A program made the translations under genes and the position numbers. A stretch of DNA of 62,323 nt, the filler included. It is 7 parts of 7 records of this genome, joined end to end, with 100 filler letters (N's around TTAATTAATTAA, not from the genome) between each part and the next. Parts side by side here need not be neighbours in the genome. Positions count along the whole stretch, not along the records: positions 39,793 to 51,326 come from SRR31156797_33407; positions 51,427 to 56,669 come from SRR31156797_33415; 5 more parts are not named here. One strand, written 5' to 3'. Positions 43,370 through 54,159 of this stretch are shown here, in pieces. Below the pieces are notes generated by a model. It saw only the letters and a list, made by a program, of their open reading frames with translations, ran no database searches and was not told where the DNA came from. Numbering within the stretch: the stretch's first letter is position 1; the number at the start of each line of letters is the position of its first letter.

Positions 43370-43503
43370 ATTTGCCCTTCGGGCGTGATTTGCTTCGCGT
43401 CATTGGTAGTCATTTGCTTTGCGGGCGTAATTTGTAGTCATTTGCTTCACGATATTTGCATCAGCGCAATTTGGCTTTGTCGTAATTTGTAATTATTGAT
43501 TTG
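43370..43503. repeat. Degenerate short-repeat tract with nine ATTTG cores
   Basis: ATTTG at 43370, 43388, 43412, 43430, 43440, 43454, 43469, 43485 and 43499; exact 14-mer GTAGTCATTTGCTT at 43406 and 43434. Confidence 0.7.
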
Positions 43504-43582
43504 TGAAATCACTTTTTTCTGTTTTTCGGCACAACCAACTCTTTACTATTTACTACCCCATTCCCAACTGCCACCGGCCTTC

Positions 43583-44305
43583 TCAATTATTCTTCGACTT
43601 AACACCATTGTACAATTTACGGGTGGTGCGGATGTACTTGCGATCCCAGTTCCAGATGACATAAATCGGGCTTCTCCACAAATACCTAAAAGGATAAACC
43701 AGAAAATGCATAAAGCGGGTGAACGGAATAATCCCGATAAGGATAAATGCTGTAGCAATATGAATTTTAACAAAAAGGGGCATCGCCGAAACAGCAGCAA
43801 TATCAGGGTTAAACAAGAATATAGATTTGAGATAGGGCGTTAATGTGGATGCAAACCAGGATGATCCCCACCGGAAGAAAAAGGCTATCCACAGCCCGGT
43901 GATGATTTGTACGGCCAGCACCACATACACCAGCACATCCATCTTTGAAGTAACCACCATTAACCGTTTGTGCCTGAGCCGCCTGATGATGAGCATCACC
44001 AGACCAAACAAAGCTGCAATACCAAAGCCAAAGGCGGCAAATTCGAGGATGAGCAATCGTATGGGTACGCTATCCCACAAGAGTACCTGAGCCGGAAACA
44101 AAAAAGCTATAAGATGTCCGAAAAATAAGAACAAAAGCCCCCAGTGAAAGGGGCGGCTGCCATAAAACAGTTCTTTGCTTTCGAGAAATTGGGAGGATAA
44201 TGATGAAACACCAAATCCAAAATTCATATACCTTAAAATGGAACCCACAATCACCACAACCAATGCGGCATAGGGCAAACCAATAAAGAAAAAATAATCG
44301 CTCAT
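43583..44305 (-). CDS. narI: Respiratory nitrate reductase gamma subunit (cytochrome b)
   Basis: LPY, SSLSSQFLE, FHWG..FFGH, KIH and PFTRFMH; ATGA overlap with narJ. Confidence 0.93.
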   Translation of the reverse strand: MSDYFFFIGLPYAALVVVIVGSILRYMNFGFGVSSLSSQFLESKELFYGSRPFHWGLLFLFFGHLIAFLFPAQVLLWDSVPIRLLILEFAAFGFGIAALFGLVMLIIRRLRHKRLMVVTSKMDVLVYVVLAVQIITGLWIAFFFRWGSSWFASTLTPYLKSIFLFNPDIAAVSAMPLFVKIHIATAFILIGIIPFTRFMHFLVYPFRYLWRSPIYVIWNWDRKYIRTTRKLYNGVKSKNN

Positions 44306-44943
44306 GATGTATAGCATTTGTGTTTTTTACAATGTGTATCACAAATCTCAGACTTTGGCGTAGGCATCAAAAATTTGTTTTTACCATCGAAAGCCTGCTC
44401 GGGCACGACATATTCACCCAGTTGCTCACCTTTGAAATCGCTTTGCAGAAATGCCAGCACCACTTCGAGAATTTCTTTGTAGTAATTATTGATGCCCTTG
44501 AATTTGGTGAGCATAAAACGAACTGCAGGGCTGGTGATGATAAAACCCAGCTCTTCAGCAAAATCCATGTTGGTGGTTTTGGATAGCAGCATGAGTACGT
44601 TGGGTAAGTGATCGCCCAACTCGCTGCCGCAATCCACGCCTGCGGCCTTATGTTCATTTTGAAGATTCACAAGCAATTGCGCCCTTTTGTAATCCTCGCC
44701 AAAGAGCATGTAGCCAATATCGAGGTAACATATTGCCTGCACATCAAAGGTTTTCAGGTAATATTCCTGCTGTGCCGCAAAGGATAATTTGAGATGCTCC
44801 TCTACTGCATGCCTCAGCTTTTCATCCCTTTCGGGATAAGATTCAGCAAGCAAAGCCAGGAAAGCGTGTGCATGGGCGGCCTGATTTTCATCGGGATACT
44901 TTAGCATGGCCGCAAGTATTTTATAGTGATCTAAATTTCTCAT
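44302..44943 (-). CDS. narJ: Nitrate reductase Moco-insertion chaperone
   Basis: LKYP, EYYLKTFD, GYMLFGEDYKR and ELGDHLP; lies between narH and narI. Confidence 0.88.
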   Translation of the reverse strand: MRNLDHYKILAAMLKYPDENQAAHAHAFLALLAESYPERDEKLRHAVEEHLKLSFAAQQEYYLKTFDVQAICYLDIGYMLFGEDYKRAQLLVNLQNEHKAAGVDCGSELGDHLPNVLMLLSKTTNMDFAEELGFIITSPAVRFMLTKFKGINNYYKEILEVVLAFLQSDFKGEQLGEYVVPEQAFDGKNKFLMPTPKSEICDTHCKKHKCYTS

Positions 44944-44957
44944 AAATGGCTCCTTTT

Positions 44958-46448
44958 TTACAATCCTCTTTTTGGTTTTTCTTTAAAGCCAAAACCTGCA
45001 TTGCCTTTTACGTCGGCAGTACTTTCGATCATTTCGATGGCTTCTTCGCGGTGGGCCGGTGGAATGATAAACCGTTCGTCGTGGGTGGCCAGCGAAGTGA
45101 GCCTGAAGATAGCGTCGGCAGTATCTTTGTCCATCACCACTTCCTTCATAGGATCGGAAATTTCTTTTTCAGGAAGGTCGCCAACAGTTTCGTTGCGACG
45201 ATGCAAACGAACGGCCATCAACTTTTTCAAAACGATCTCTATCACCTTTTCGTTGCCGGCACTAAAGAGGTTGGCCAGATATCGCATGGGCAGCCTCGAC
45301 TTTTCGATAGCACCCCAAAAAGTTTCGCTGGTAGTTTCGTAGGCTCCATCTTCAACAAAGGCCATCGTAGGCAACAATGGTGGCACGTAAAACAAATTGG
45401 GCAAAGTCCTGAATTCGGGATGCAGCGGAAGGGCAAGACCCCATTGTTTTACAAACTGGTAAACCGGGGATTTTTGTGCCGAGGTAATGGTTGAATCGGC
45501 AATGCCATTTTTGCGGGCAGCCTTTATTACTTCGGGGTCGAAGGGATCGGGATAAATATCCATTTGGTTTTTGAGCAAATCCTGATCCTCGCTTGCTGCT
45601 GCGCTTTCAATTTTATTGGCATCGTACAACAAAACGCCCAAGTACCTGATGCGCCCTACACAGGTATGCATGCAGGCTGGTATCTGTCCGGTTTCCAATC
45701 GCGGATAGCACAGGATGCATTTTTCCGATTTTCCGGTGTCCCAGTTATAGTAGGTCTTTTTGTAGGGGCAGGCTGTTACGCACATTCGCCAGGCGCGGCA
45801 TTTTTTCTGATTGATGAGCACCACCCCGTCTTCGCCTCTTTTGTAAACGGCTCCCGAAGGGCAGGCTGCAACGCAGGCCGGATTGAGGCAATGATTGCAA
45901 ATCCGTGGCAAATAGTGCATCGACATTCGCTCAAGCTGGAACATGGCCTCCTGCTCGGCCGCCGAAAGGTTTTTAAAATTTACATCCTTTCTTGCATATT
46001 CTTTACTGCCACTCAGGTCATCGTCCCAGTTGGGCCCCGATTTTGGTATTATCGGTTCGCCGGTTATCAAAGATATTGGCCTGGCTGTCGGCTGGTCATC
46101 GCCTGCTTCTGCCTTAAACAAATGCTCGTAGCGATAGGTAAAGGGCTCGTAATAATCCTCTAGTTGTGTCATATTCGGATTATGAAAAAGTGTGCTCAGG
46201 CCTTTGAATTTGCCGGCACCCTTTAGTTTCACCGAATCTCCTTTCTTATCCCATCCACCTTTATAAATATTCTGATCCTCCCACTTACGGGGATATCCGG
46301 TTCCGGGTTTGGTTTCCACATTATTCCACCACATATACTCGGCACCCTTACGGTTTGTCCAGGTGTTTTTGCAGGCTACGGAACAGGTATGACATCCGAT
46401 ACATTTATCGAGATGAAACACCATTGCAATTTGCGATCTTATATCCAT
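44958..46448 (-). CDS. narH: Respiratory nitrate reductase beta subunit
   Basis: LDKCIGCHTCSVACK, NNVETKPG, CNHCLNPACVAACP and CILCYPR. Confidence 0.97.
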   Translation of the reverse strand: MDIRSQIAMVFHLDKCIGCHTCSVACKNTWTNRKGAEYMWWNNVETKPGTGYPRKWEDQNIYKGGWDKKGDSVKLKGAGKFKGLSTLFHNPNMTQLEDYYEPFTYRYEHLFKAEAGDDQPTARPISLITGEPIIPKSGPNWDDDLSGSKEYARKDVNFKNLSAAEQEAMFQLERMSMHYLPRICNHCLNPACVAACPSGAVYKRGEDGVVLINQKKCRAWRMCVTACPYKKTYYNWDTGKSEKCILCYPRLETGQIPACMHTCVGRIRYLGVLLYDANKIESAAASEDQDLLKNQMDIYPDPFDPEVIKAARKNGIADSTITSAQKSPVYQFVKQWGLALPLHPEFRTLPNLFYVPPLLPTMAFVEDGAYETTSETFWGAIEKSRLPMRYLANLFSAGNEKVIEIVLKKLMAVRLHRRNETVGDLPEKEISDPMKEVVMDKDTADAIFRLTSLATHDERFIIPPAHREEAIEMIESTADVKGNAGFGFKEKPKRGL

Positions 46449-46462
46449 GGTTTGCTGTTTTT

Positions 46463-49400
46463 TTAAAATTCAACTTTGTTCATTTTCTGTACCAATACAA
46501 ATGTGTCGCGATTGGTGCCCACAGGCCCCCAATAATTTATGGCGTAGGTAAACTGGCCATATCCACCCATCATAAAATTGGGTTTAAGGTGAACACGCGT
46601 AAGGCTGTTGTTCATGCCCGAACGTTTTCCTCCTCTCACCTCCGATTTTGGTGTGGAATAGGTACGCTCTACCGCGTGATAAACAATGCAAACACCTTTT
46701 GGGATTCTTGCACTTACGCAGGCTCTGGCAGAATATACGCCATTGTCGTTGAACACCTCTAACCAGTCGTTATCTTTTATTCCTAATTCTGCGGCATCTT
46801 CCTCGCTCAGCCAGATGGGTTCCATTCCTCTGGAAAGGGTAAGCATTGGAAGCGTATCGCCATAAGTAGAATGGATATGCCATTTTCCGTGGGGGGTAAG
46901 CACATTCAGCATTTTGGCCTTTCCGCTTGCCACTGTCATCCTTAGCTCACCCATGGCTTCCGGTCGTGGCGATGGCTTGTAGGTTGGCATGTGTTCGCCA
47001 AATTTGATGTAGCCTTCATGATCGAGATAAAAATGTTGTCTTCCGGTAAGCGTACGCCACGGCACCAAACGTTCTACATTGTAAGTATAGGCCGAATAAG
47101 GCCTGCCGTTTGCCATCAAACCCGACCAGATGGGAGAATTGTGATAACGGTGTGGCCGTGTTTGCAAATCTTTGTAATTCAGCCTGACATTGCGACTGCC
47201 TTCCGATAGATCAGTAAGGGCGACACCGGTTTTCTTTTCGGCAAACTCATAGGCCCTGTGCGCCAGCTCGCCATTGGTAACACTCGATAAGTGCAATATG
47301 GCATTCGCAGCTTCCACATCCTCATAAATTGAAGGGTATTCCATTCCATCAAGTTTTCGTACATGCCCACGATCCTCTAGTAATTGTTCGTAAAAGTCGG
47401 TAGAATCGAATTTGTTTCCATGCGCACCCAAACCCGTTTTCATGTTGGGTCCCAGGCAGATGAATTTATCAAATATTTTGGTGTAATCACGCACCACAAA
47501 AGAGATGTTGTGCATGGTTTTACCGGGAACAGGTTTGCATTCGCCCTTGCTCCAGTCTTTGATGTTGCGTTGAGATATCTCGCCGGCACTATCGTGGGCA
47601 ATGGGTGTGTTCACAATATCTTTGAGTGGTTTGTTGAAATGCGTTTTGGCCAGATCGCTGGTTACCCTTGCTATTTCTCTAAATATCTCCCAGTCGCTTT
47701 TGGATTCCCAAACCGGATCGATGGCTGCTGCCAGCGGGTGGATGAAGGAGTGCATGTCGGTGCTGTTGAGGTCGGATTTTTCGTACCACGAAGCAGCAGG
47801 TAAAACAATATCAGAATACAATGCCGAGGTATCCATACGGAAGTTCAGATTGACGATGAGATCCATTTTTCCCTTTGGACTTTCGCTGCGCCATTTTACA
47901 TCTTTTACAAACTGATCGGCTACCTCATCGGCAATCGAGTTGTTGTGTGTTCCCAGATAATGCTTCAGAAAATACTCATGTCCTTTGGCACTTCCGGCTA
48001 TGGCGTTCCCTCGCCAGATATACCACACCCTGGGGAAATTAACATCCTCATCGGGCTCAGCAACAGCATGCACAAGCTCTTTACTTTTTAGTTTTTCGAC
48101 AATATATGCTCTGATTTCATCGTCCGTTTTAGCACCGGCTTTTTCGGCATCGGCCACTATTTCGAAATTGTTTTTGCTGTATTGCGGATAAAAAGGCATC
48201 CATCCGTTGCGTACCGCTTTCACGGCCATGTCGGCTGAGTGCATGCCCGAGAATTCATTCTTGGGCACCGTGTTGTAGTCGGCCTGGTTGCCATCGTAGC
48301 GCCACTGGTCGGAATTGATGTAATGCCAGATAGGTGTTTGCTGCAGACGCGGAGGGCCTTGCCAGTCTTTGCCCGACATGATTGACCCCCATGAATCGAT
48401 CGGTGCCAGTTTTTCCTGACCCACATAATGGTTCATACCACCACCACTTACCCCAATACATCCGGTAAGCATCAGTGCCATGATGCCGGCACGGTAAATC
48501 AGGTTTTGGTGATACCACTGATTGATACCTGCACCAATGATGATGCTGCATTTTCCGTGGGTAGCTTCGGCAGTGCGGCTCCATTCACGTGCAAACTGGA
48601 GCACAGTTTTTGGGCCAATGCCTGTAAGTATTTCCTGCCAGGCGGGTGTATAGGCTGCCTCCTTTTCATCGTACGATTTTGGGTAGTCGCCGGACAAACC
48701 GCGATCTACACCATATTGTGCCATCATCAAATCGTAAACGGTGGTAACTTTTATTGTTCCGTCAGTGGTTTGGATATTTTTGACCGGAACGCCCCGTTGC
48801 GAGCTTAAATCTTTTCCGTATTCTACAAAATTAAGCTGAAGTATTTCATCACTATTGTCAAGCAATGTTAGTGTGGGATCGTAAACCTCACCGGTTTCGG
48901 CATCCTCAAATTTCATATTCCATTTACCATCTTTTTTGCCCCAGCGGTGTCCTGAACTACCACCCGGGCAAACCAGCTCGCTCGTTTTGCTGTTGATATT
49001 CAAAAATTTCCACTCGCTATTTTCGATGTTTTTGTATTTATCCACTTTGCCGGCTCTCAGCATTTGTCCGGGAACCAGTTTTCCATTCTCTTCCACAATC
49101 TCAACCAGGAATGGGCTGTCGGTGTAGCGTTTGGTATAATCGATAAAGTAAGGTGTTTGCTTTTCGTGATGGTATTCCTTTAAAATTACATGAACCACCG
49201 CCATCCAAAAAGCGCCATCCTGGCCTGCGTGAACAGGTACCCATTTATCAGCATACTTGGCCACCATACTAAAATCGGGCGAGAAAACCACGGTTTTGGT
49301 TCCATTGTGCCGGCTTTCTGAAAAGAAGTGTACATCGGGTGTGCGTGTCATGCCCAGATTGGCACCCATGCAGGCCACAAACTTGGAGTTGAACCAGTCG

Positions 49401-50074
49401 GCACTTTCGGCAACATCGGTTTGTTCGCCCCAAATCTCAGGGAAGGAACAGGGTAGGTCGCAATACCAATCATAAAAACTCAGGTTTACGCCACCCATCA
49501 ATTGCAAAAATCTGGAGCCTGCTGCAAAACTCAACATCGACATGGCCGGGATTGGCGAAAAGCCCACCAGCCTGTCAGGGCCATATTTTCTGGTTGTATA
49601 AATATTAGATACTGCGATAATCTCTAAAGCCCTTTCCCAGCTTGTTCTTCTTAGTCCGCCTTTTCCTCTTGCAGTCTGATAGCGCTTTCTGAGTTCCGGA
49701 TTGGATTGAATGTTTTCCCAGGCTTGTAGCGCGTCGCCGGTTTTTTCCTTTTCTTCACTAAAGATATCCAGCAAAGCCCCTCGAATCATCGGATATTTTA
49801 CCCGGATGGGACTGTACAAATACCACGAAAACGAAATGCCCCGTTGACATCCCCGGGGTTCGTACTGGGGTACGGATTTATCTAACAATGGATAGTCCAG
49901 TGCCTGGGTTTCCCAAACTACAATGCCTTCTTTAACATGGATATTCCAGCTGCAGCCACCCGTGCAATTTACGCCGTGCGTACTGCGCACTACTTTATCG
50001 TGTTGATGCCTGTTTCGGTAAAATTCTTCCCATTGCCTGGTTTTTGGAGAGATCAAATCTTTTATCCAACTCAT
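46463..50074 (-). CDS. narG: Respiratory nitrate reductase alpha subunit
   Basis: [13 protein letters not shown] (FS0), [24 protein letters not shown] and [12 protein letters not shown]; no Tat signal. Confidence 0.97.
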   Translation of the reverse strand: MSWIKDLISPKTRQWEEFYRNRHQHDKVVRSTHGVNCTGGCSWNIHVKEGIVVWETQALDYPLLDKSVPQYEPRGCQRGISFSWYLYSPIRVKYPMIRGALLDIFSEEKEKTGDALQAWENIQSNPELRKRYQTARGKGGLRRTSWERALEIIAVSNIYTTRKYGPDRLVGFSPIPAMSMLSFAAGSRFLQLMGGVNLSFYDWYCDLPCSFPEIWGEQTDVAESADWFNSKFVACMGANLGMTRTPDVHFFSESRHNGTKTVVFSPDFSMVAKYADKWVPVHAGQDGAFWMAVVHVILKEYHHEKQTPYFIDYTKRYTDSPFLVEIVEENGKLVPGQMLRAGKVDKYKNIENSEWKFLNINSKTSELVCPGGSSGHRWGKKDGKWNMKFEDAETGEVYDPTLTLLDNSDEILQLNFVEYGKDLSSQRGVPVKNIQTTDGTIKVTTVYDLMMAQYGVDRGLSGDYPKSYDEKEAAYTPAWQEILTGIGPKTVLQFAREWSRTAEATHGKCSIIIGAGINQWYHQNLIYRAGIMALMLTGCIGVSGGGMNHYVGQEKLAPIDSWGSIMSGKDWQGPPRLQQTPIWHYINSDQWRYDGNQADYNTVPKNEFSGMHSADMAVKAVRNGWMPFYPQYSKNNFEIVADAEKAGAKTDDEIRAYIVEKLKSKELVHAVAEPDEDVNFPRVWYIWRGNAIAGSAKGHEYFLKHYLGTHNNSIADEVADQFVKDVKWRSESPKGKMDLIVNLNFRMDTSALYSDIVLPAASWYEKSDLNSTDMHSFIHPLAAAIDPVWESKSDWEIFREIARVTSDLAKTHFNKPLKDIVNTPIAHDSAGEISQRNIKDWSKGECKPVPGKTMHNISFVVRDYTKIFDKFICLGPNMKTGLGAHGNKFDSTDFYEQLLEDRGHVRKLDGMEYPSIYEDVEAANAILHLSSVTNGELAHRAYEFAEKKTGVALTDLSEGSRNVRLNYKDLQTRPHRYHNSPIWSGLMANGRPYSAYTYNVERLVPWRTLTGRQHFYLDHEGYIKFGEHMPTYKPSPRPEAMGELRMTVASGKAKMLNVLTPHGKWHIHSTYGDTLPMLTLSRGMEPIWLSEEDAAELGIKDNDWLEVFNDNGVYSARACVSARIPKGVCIVYHAVERTYSTPKSEVRGGKRSGMNNSLTRVHLKPNFMMGGYGQFTYAINYWGPVGTNRDTFVLVQKMNKVEF

Positions 50075-50122
50075 AATATATACGTTATTATTATTGACAA
50101 AATTAAAAGCCGCCGGCAGGTA

Positions 50123-50923
50123 TTATCCTGCAACAGGTGTTGGTTTGCGGTGTGAATAAAAAATGAGAACAATGCCCAGTATTGACAAGAAAAATGCAAG
50201 TCCAAATACCACCATTGTCATATCATAGTTTTCCGAAAACTGGTTTTGACTGTTTTCGCTCACCGATTTCAGGTAGGCTGTAAGGTCAAGCACTTCAGCC
50301 CCGGTAACCGGGTGGTCGCGATAGGCTGCGGTCATGAGCGGAAATGGCGGGCTTTTGATAATAGCCGCTGCACCTGAGCTTCCCATGTTTGTCCATGTTT
50401 TGGTTAAATCTGTGGCGAGTGTGCCATGGCTAAAGATGCGCTCGTCATACACATTATGGCAGGAATTGCACGCGGCACCGCCATTGGTTAAACGCTTTTT
50501 GCCGGTAAAAAGCAAGGCTCCTGAGGCAATATTCTCATCGGTTACCTCGCTCAACATATCGACAGTAGCCGCAGCTTCACCCTTACTTTCGCTATCCGAG
50601 CTCTGGCGTTTTATATAATCCAAAACTGCCAGTGCCTGGGCATCGGTAAAATCGTTATCGGGCATGGGCATCCGGTTGTATTCTTCGAAAATTGCCACAG
50701 CTTCGGGATCACCGCTCTCGATCAAACTTTTAGAAGATTGAATAAAATCCACCAGCCAATCTTGGCTTCTTTGTTCGGAAATGTTATTCAGATCAGGACC
50801 AACCAGCCTTCCTTTACCTATGGTATGGCAGGCAACGCAGGATTTGTTGTAAAGCTCCTGTCCTTCATCAGCATAACTTAGGGTTAAAACAAACAGGCCG
50901 ATAAAAGTTAATAAATTTTTCAT
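50123..50923 (-). CDS. Diheme cytochrome c with signal peptide and C-terminal membrane anchor (NarC-like)
   Basis: Signal peptide, CVACH and CNSCH heme motifs, C-terminal TM segment; first gene of the nar operon. Confidence 0.85.
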   Translation of the reverse strand: MKNLLTFIGLFVLTLSYADEGQELYNKSCVACHTIGKGRLVGPDLNNISEQRSQDWLVDFIQSSKSLIESGDPEAVAIFEEYNRMPMPDNDFTDAQALAVLDYIKRQSSDSESKGEAAATVDMLSEVTDENIASGALLFTGKKRLTNGGAACNSCHNVYDERIFSHGTLATDLTKTWTNMGSSGAAAIIKSPPFPLMTAAYRDHPVTGAEVLDLTAYLKSVSENSQNQFSENYDMTMVVFGLAFFLSILGIVLIFYSHRKPTPVAG

Positions 50924-51098
50924 CTGTTATTAGTTTTGTAATTATTGAAAATGAAGCACCCCCCCCTGATGGACTTCGGGATTGGAGAGGAATGAGCCAA
51001 AGGCATCCCTACGGTAGAAACGCATCACTTTCGTGCCTCCCGAAATTCCTGGATTGATAATCCCGGTAGATATATAATAGTTCATGATCATTTCATTT

Positions 51099-51106
51099 CA
51101 AAAATA
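51099..51106 (-). promoter_or_regulatory. Candidate Bacteroidota -7 promoter box (TAnnTTTG) for the nar operon
   Basis: Minus strand reads TATTTTTG, about 175 bp upstream of the cytochrome c start. Confidence 0.45.
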
Positions 51107-51326
51107 TCGGACTACTATAATAAGGAATAAAAGTACTTAAATAATTAAATATAAAATCCAAAAAATATCAATTTCATCGTAATTTAAAATCCTTCCAAAT
51201 TAGGGAGGCTAACCAGTCTTACGAACCTGATGGTTATAAACAACAGATAATAAGCTTGACAACTTGGATAAGCCAAAACCTGTTACAAACTTTTATAATT
51301 GTAAAACCCTGTTTGGTTTTGGCTTG

Positions 51327-51426
51327 NNNNNNNNNNNNNNNNNNNNNNNNNNNNNNNNNNNNNNNNNNNNTTAATTAATTAANNNNNNNNNNNNNNNNNN
51401 NNNNNNNNNNNNNNNNNNNNNNNNNN
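51327..51426. other. Artificial contig spacer
   Basis: N44-TTAATTAATTAA-N44. Confidence 0.97.
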
Positions 51427-51578
51427 CTCTATTGGAGTAGATAATATGGCCCGCCGCATGGGATTTCCATACGGAAGCTTGCATTTGGAGTGCAGTGGTC
51501 GGGCTTGTTTGAGAGATTTATAAACCGCGCGTAATGATCGTGTTGTAGTTTTTTTCTTAAAGTGGATGGTCGACAAAA

Positions 51579-52436
51579 ATGAAAAAGTCATTATCGCAAA
51601 TTACAATAAATGTTTTTCTGATCGTTCTGGGCAGCATAGTCTGCGCCTGGGCTATAAACAGCATACTCGTTCCGCACGAGTTTTTGAACGGCGGGCTTGT
51701 CGGAGTGGGACTGATAATTCACTACCTGGTTCCCTCTCTGGGATTGGGCCTGCTGATAGGCGTGCTGAATATTCCCTTGTTTCTCGTGGGCTGGTTTCAT
51801 ATCAGCCGCCGTTTTATTTATTATACCGGCTTTGGCATTCTCGTTTTTTCCCTGTCTGTAGAGGTCATGAAAAACGCTCCCATGCTGCCGGTGGAAAATG
51901 ACATACTAGCGGCCATATTGGCCGGGATCTTATACGGGTTGGGATCGGGGACGATTCTGCGTTCAGCCGGGTCAGTAGGCGGATTTGATATAATTTCAGC
52001 GTATTTTTATAAAAAATACGATCTGCGAATGGGTATGACCGCCTTTATAATCAACTCATTTGTTCTGCTATTGGGAGCAGTGCTCTTTAACCTGGAAATG
52101 GCGCTTTACACGCTCATTTTTGTATTCACGACCGGCAAGCTGACTGATGCGGTAATAACGGGCTTTAACCGGAGAAAAGCAGTCATGGTCATTTCCGATA
52201 AGTCGGATGAAATCGCGGATGCCCTAATGAATCAGCTTCATCGTGGAGTTACCTTTTTGGACGGCATGGGCGCTTTCACCAGAAAGGAAAAAAAGGTCGT
52301 CTTTAGCGTGGTGGCCATGACGGAGTTGGCGAGAATGAAGGACAAGGTGTTTACCATTGATCCTAACGCATTCGTGGTTATCAACGATACGTTGGATGTT
52401 CTGGGCGTTGGCCTGCCCCAAAGGAAAGTTTATTAA
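51579..52436 (+). CDS. YitT-family membrane protein
   Basis: GGLVGV, NIPLF, GSVGGFDII, HRGVT..GAFT and IDPNAFV. Confidence 0.9.
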   Translation: MKKSLSQITINVFLIVLGSIVCAWAINSILVPHEFLNGGLVGVGLIIHYLVPSLGLGLLIGVLNIPLFLVGWFHISRRFIYYTGFGILVFSLSVEVMKNAPMLPVENDILAAILAGILYGLGSGTILRSAGSVGGFDIISAYFYKKYDLRMGMTAFIINSFVLLLGAVLFNLEMALYTLIFVFTTGKLTDAVITGFNRRKAVMVISDKSDEIADALMNQLHRGVTFLDGMGAFTRKEKKVVFSVVAMTELARMKDKVFTIDPNAFVVINDTLDVLGVGLPQRKVY

Positions 52437-52457
52437 CGGCTATTTAGCCCTGAATGA

Positions 52458-52487
52458 AAGAAGGCGGCCTCATGGGACCGCCTTCTT
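52458..52487. terminator. Terminator hairpin between convergent genes
   Basis: AAGAAGGCGG-N10-CCGCCTTCTT. Confidence 0.7.
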
Positions 52488-52503
52488 AATTGGTCTATAA
52501 AAA

Positions 52504-54159
52504 TTATTCGAATTTCACTTTTTGCCTGATAACCTTTTTGTCCATCTTGCCCACGCTGGTCTTGGGGATCTCCGCGACAACTTCTATACGGTCGGGAATG
52601 GAATACTTGGAAATGGTTCCCTTTTCCACGAACTGCATGAGGAACTCCTTGACTTCAGCTTCCGGGAATTCTTCTTCGCTTGAGGCGGGAACAACCATGG
52701 CCAGCGGCCTTTCACCCCACTTGTCATCGGGCACGCCCACAACCGCGACTTCCGCCACCGCCGGATGCTGGCTGATAAGGTCTTCGAGTTCCAGGGAAGA
52801 AACCCATTCGCCGCCTGTTTTTATGACGTCCTTGATACGGTCGGTTATGTGGACGTATCCTTCCGGGTCATAATAGGCAACGTCGCCGGTATGCAGGTAA
52901 CCGCCCTCCCAAAGTTCGTTACCCTTTTCCGGGCTTTTAAAATAACCCTGGGTCAGCCACGGCGCCCGGACTACTATTTCGCCGGTGCTCTTGCCGTCCA
53001 TGGGCTGAGCGTTTCCTGACGGATCCCAGATTTTCAAATCGACCAGGGGCACCGGCCGCCCGGCGGTTGTGCGGACATCCAACTGGTATTCCATGTCGGC
53101 GTCTATTTTTTCAGGCCTCAGGTTGGCTGCGGTGAGCAGCGGGCATGTTTCACTCATCCCGTATGCTCCGAACACGTCAATGCCCAGGTCCATGGCCGCC
53201 TGGGCCAGGCCTCGCGGCAGGGCCGAACCGCCGATGATGACCTTCCATCCGCGCAGGTCCACCTGCTTGGCCACCGGGCTGCTGACCAGCATTTGAAGGA
53301 TGGTGGGCACGCAATGGCTGAAGGTGACTTTTTCTTTTATAAGGAGTTTCAACAGCATTTCCGGTTCGTATCTTCCCGGATAAACCTGTTTCATGCCCAG
53401 CATGGTGGCTACATAGGGAACGCCCCAGGCATGCACGTGAAACATGGGCGTAATGGGCATGTAAACGTCGTGGCTCTGAAAGCGGCCCTGGGCCATTATA
53501 GAGGCAAATGAAACTGCCATGCCCAGGGAATGGAGCACCAACTGGCGATGGCTGAAGTAGACGCCCTTGGGATCCCCGGTGGTTCCCGTGGTATAGAAAA
53601 GGGTAGCCTGGGAATTTTCATCAAAATCCGGGAATTCAAAATCTTCGGTTCCCTTGTTGATTACGTCCTCAAATTCGCAAGCGAACGGGATTTTGGTGTC
53701 GAATTCCCGGTCGGTTTCCCTTATCAGCACCCAGGTTTTTACATCCGGCAGTTGGTCTATTATGGCTTCAACAAGCGGGATAAAATCTTCATGGACAAAA
53801 ACCACGGAATCTTCGCCGTGTTTCATGGTATACAAGGTCTGTTCCGGTGAAAGGCGGACATTGACGCTGTGAAGGACCGCGCCAATACTCGGTATGGCAA
53901 AGTAGCATTCCAGGTAGCGATATGAGTCCCAATCCAGGACCGCTACTACGTCGCCGGGTTTCACCCCCAGTTCGCCCAAACCCGAGCCAAGTTTTTTAAT
54001 ACGCGCGTAATAATCCTTGTACGTGTACCGCTTGCTTTCCCGATAGACGATTTCCTGGTCCGGGTTGTAAATAACCGGCGTGTGCAGAAGCTGCTTGACT
54101 AAAAGCGGATAAGAATAAGCTGAGTCGGCTTTTTCAATTAACCTTGTGCCTTGAATCAT
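52504..54159 (-). CDS. Medium/long-chain fatty acid--CoA ligase (AlkK/DmdB-like)
   Basis: YTTGTTGDPKG, MFHVHAWG, YGMSET, HTGD, DRIKDVIKTGGEW and KTSVGK. Confidence 0.92.
   Translation of the reverse strand: MIQGTRLIEKADSAYSYPLLVKQLLHTPVIYNPDQEIVYRESKRYTYKDYYARIKKLGSGLGELGVKPGDVVAVLDWDSYRYLECYFAIPSIGAVLHSVNVRLSPEQTLYTMKHGEDSVVFVHEDFIPLVEAIIDQLPDVKTWVLIRETDREFDTKIPFACEFEDVINKGTEDFEFPDFDENSQATLFYTTGTTGDPKGVYFSHRQLVLHSLGMAVSFASIMAQGRFQSHDVYMPITPMFHVHAWGVPYVATMLGMKQVYPGRYEPEMLLKLLIKEKVTFSHCVPTILQMLVSSPVAKQVDLRGWKVIIGGSALPRGLAQAAMDLGIDVFGAYGMSETCPLLTAANLRPEKIDADMEYQLDVRTTAGRPVPLVDLKIWDPSGNAQPMDGKSTGEIVVRAPWLTQGYFKSPEKGNELWEGGYLHTGDVAYYDPEGYVHITDRIKDVIKTGGEWVSSLELEDLISQHPAVAEVAVVGVPDDKWGERPLAMVVPASSEEEFPEAEVKEFLMQFVEKGTISKYSIPDRIEVVAEIPKTSVGKMDKKVIRQKVKFE

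Noticed and set aside
43370-43503. CRISPR array
   Set aside because: Repeat cores are 5-14 bp with irregular short spacing, and no cas genes are present.
50961-51050. Moco riboswitch call from GCCTCCCG and TGGAGAGG words
   Set aside because: These words lie on the non-coding strand and in the wrong order; the region is kept only as an unclassified structured leader.
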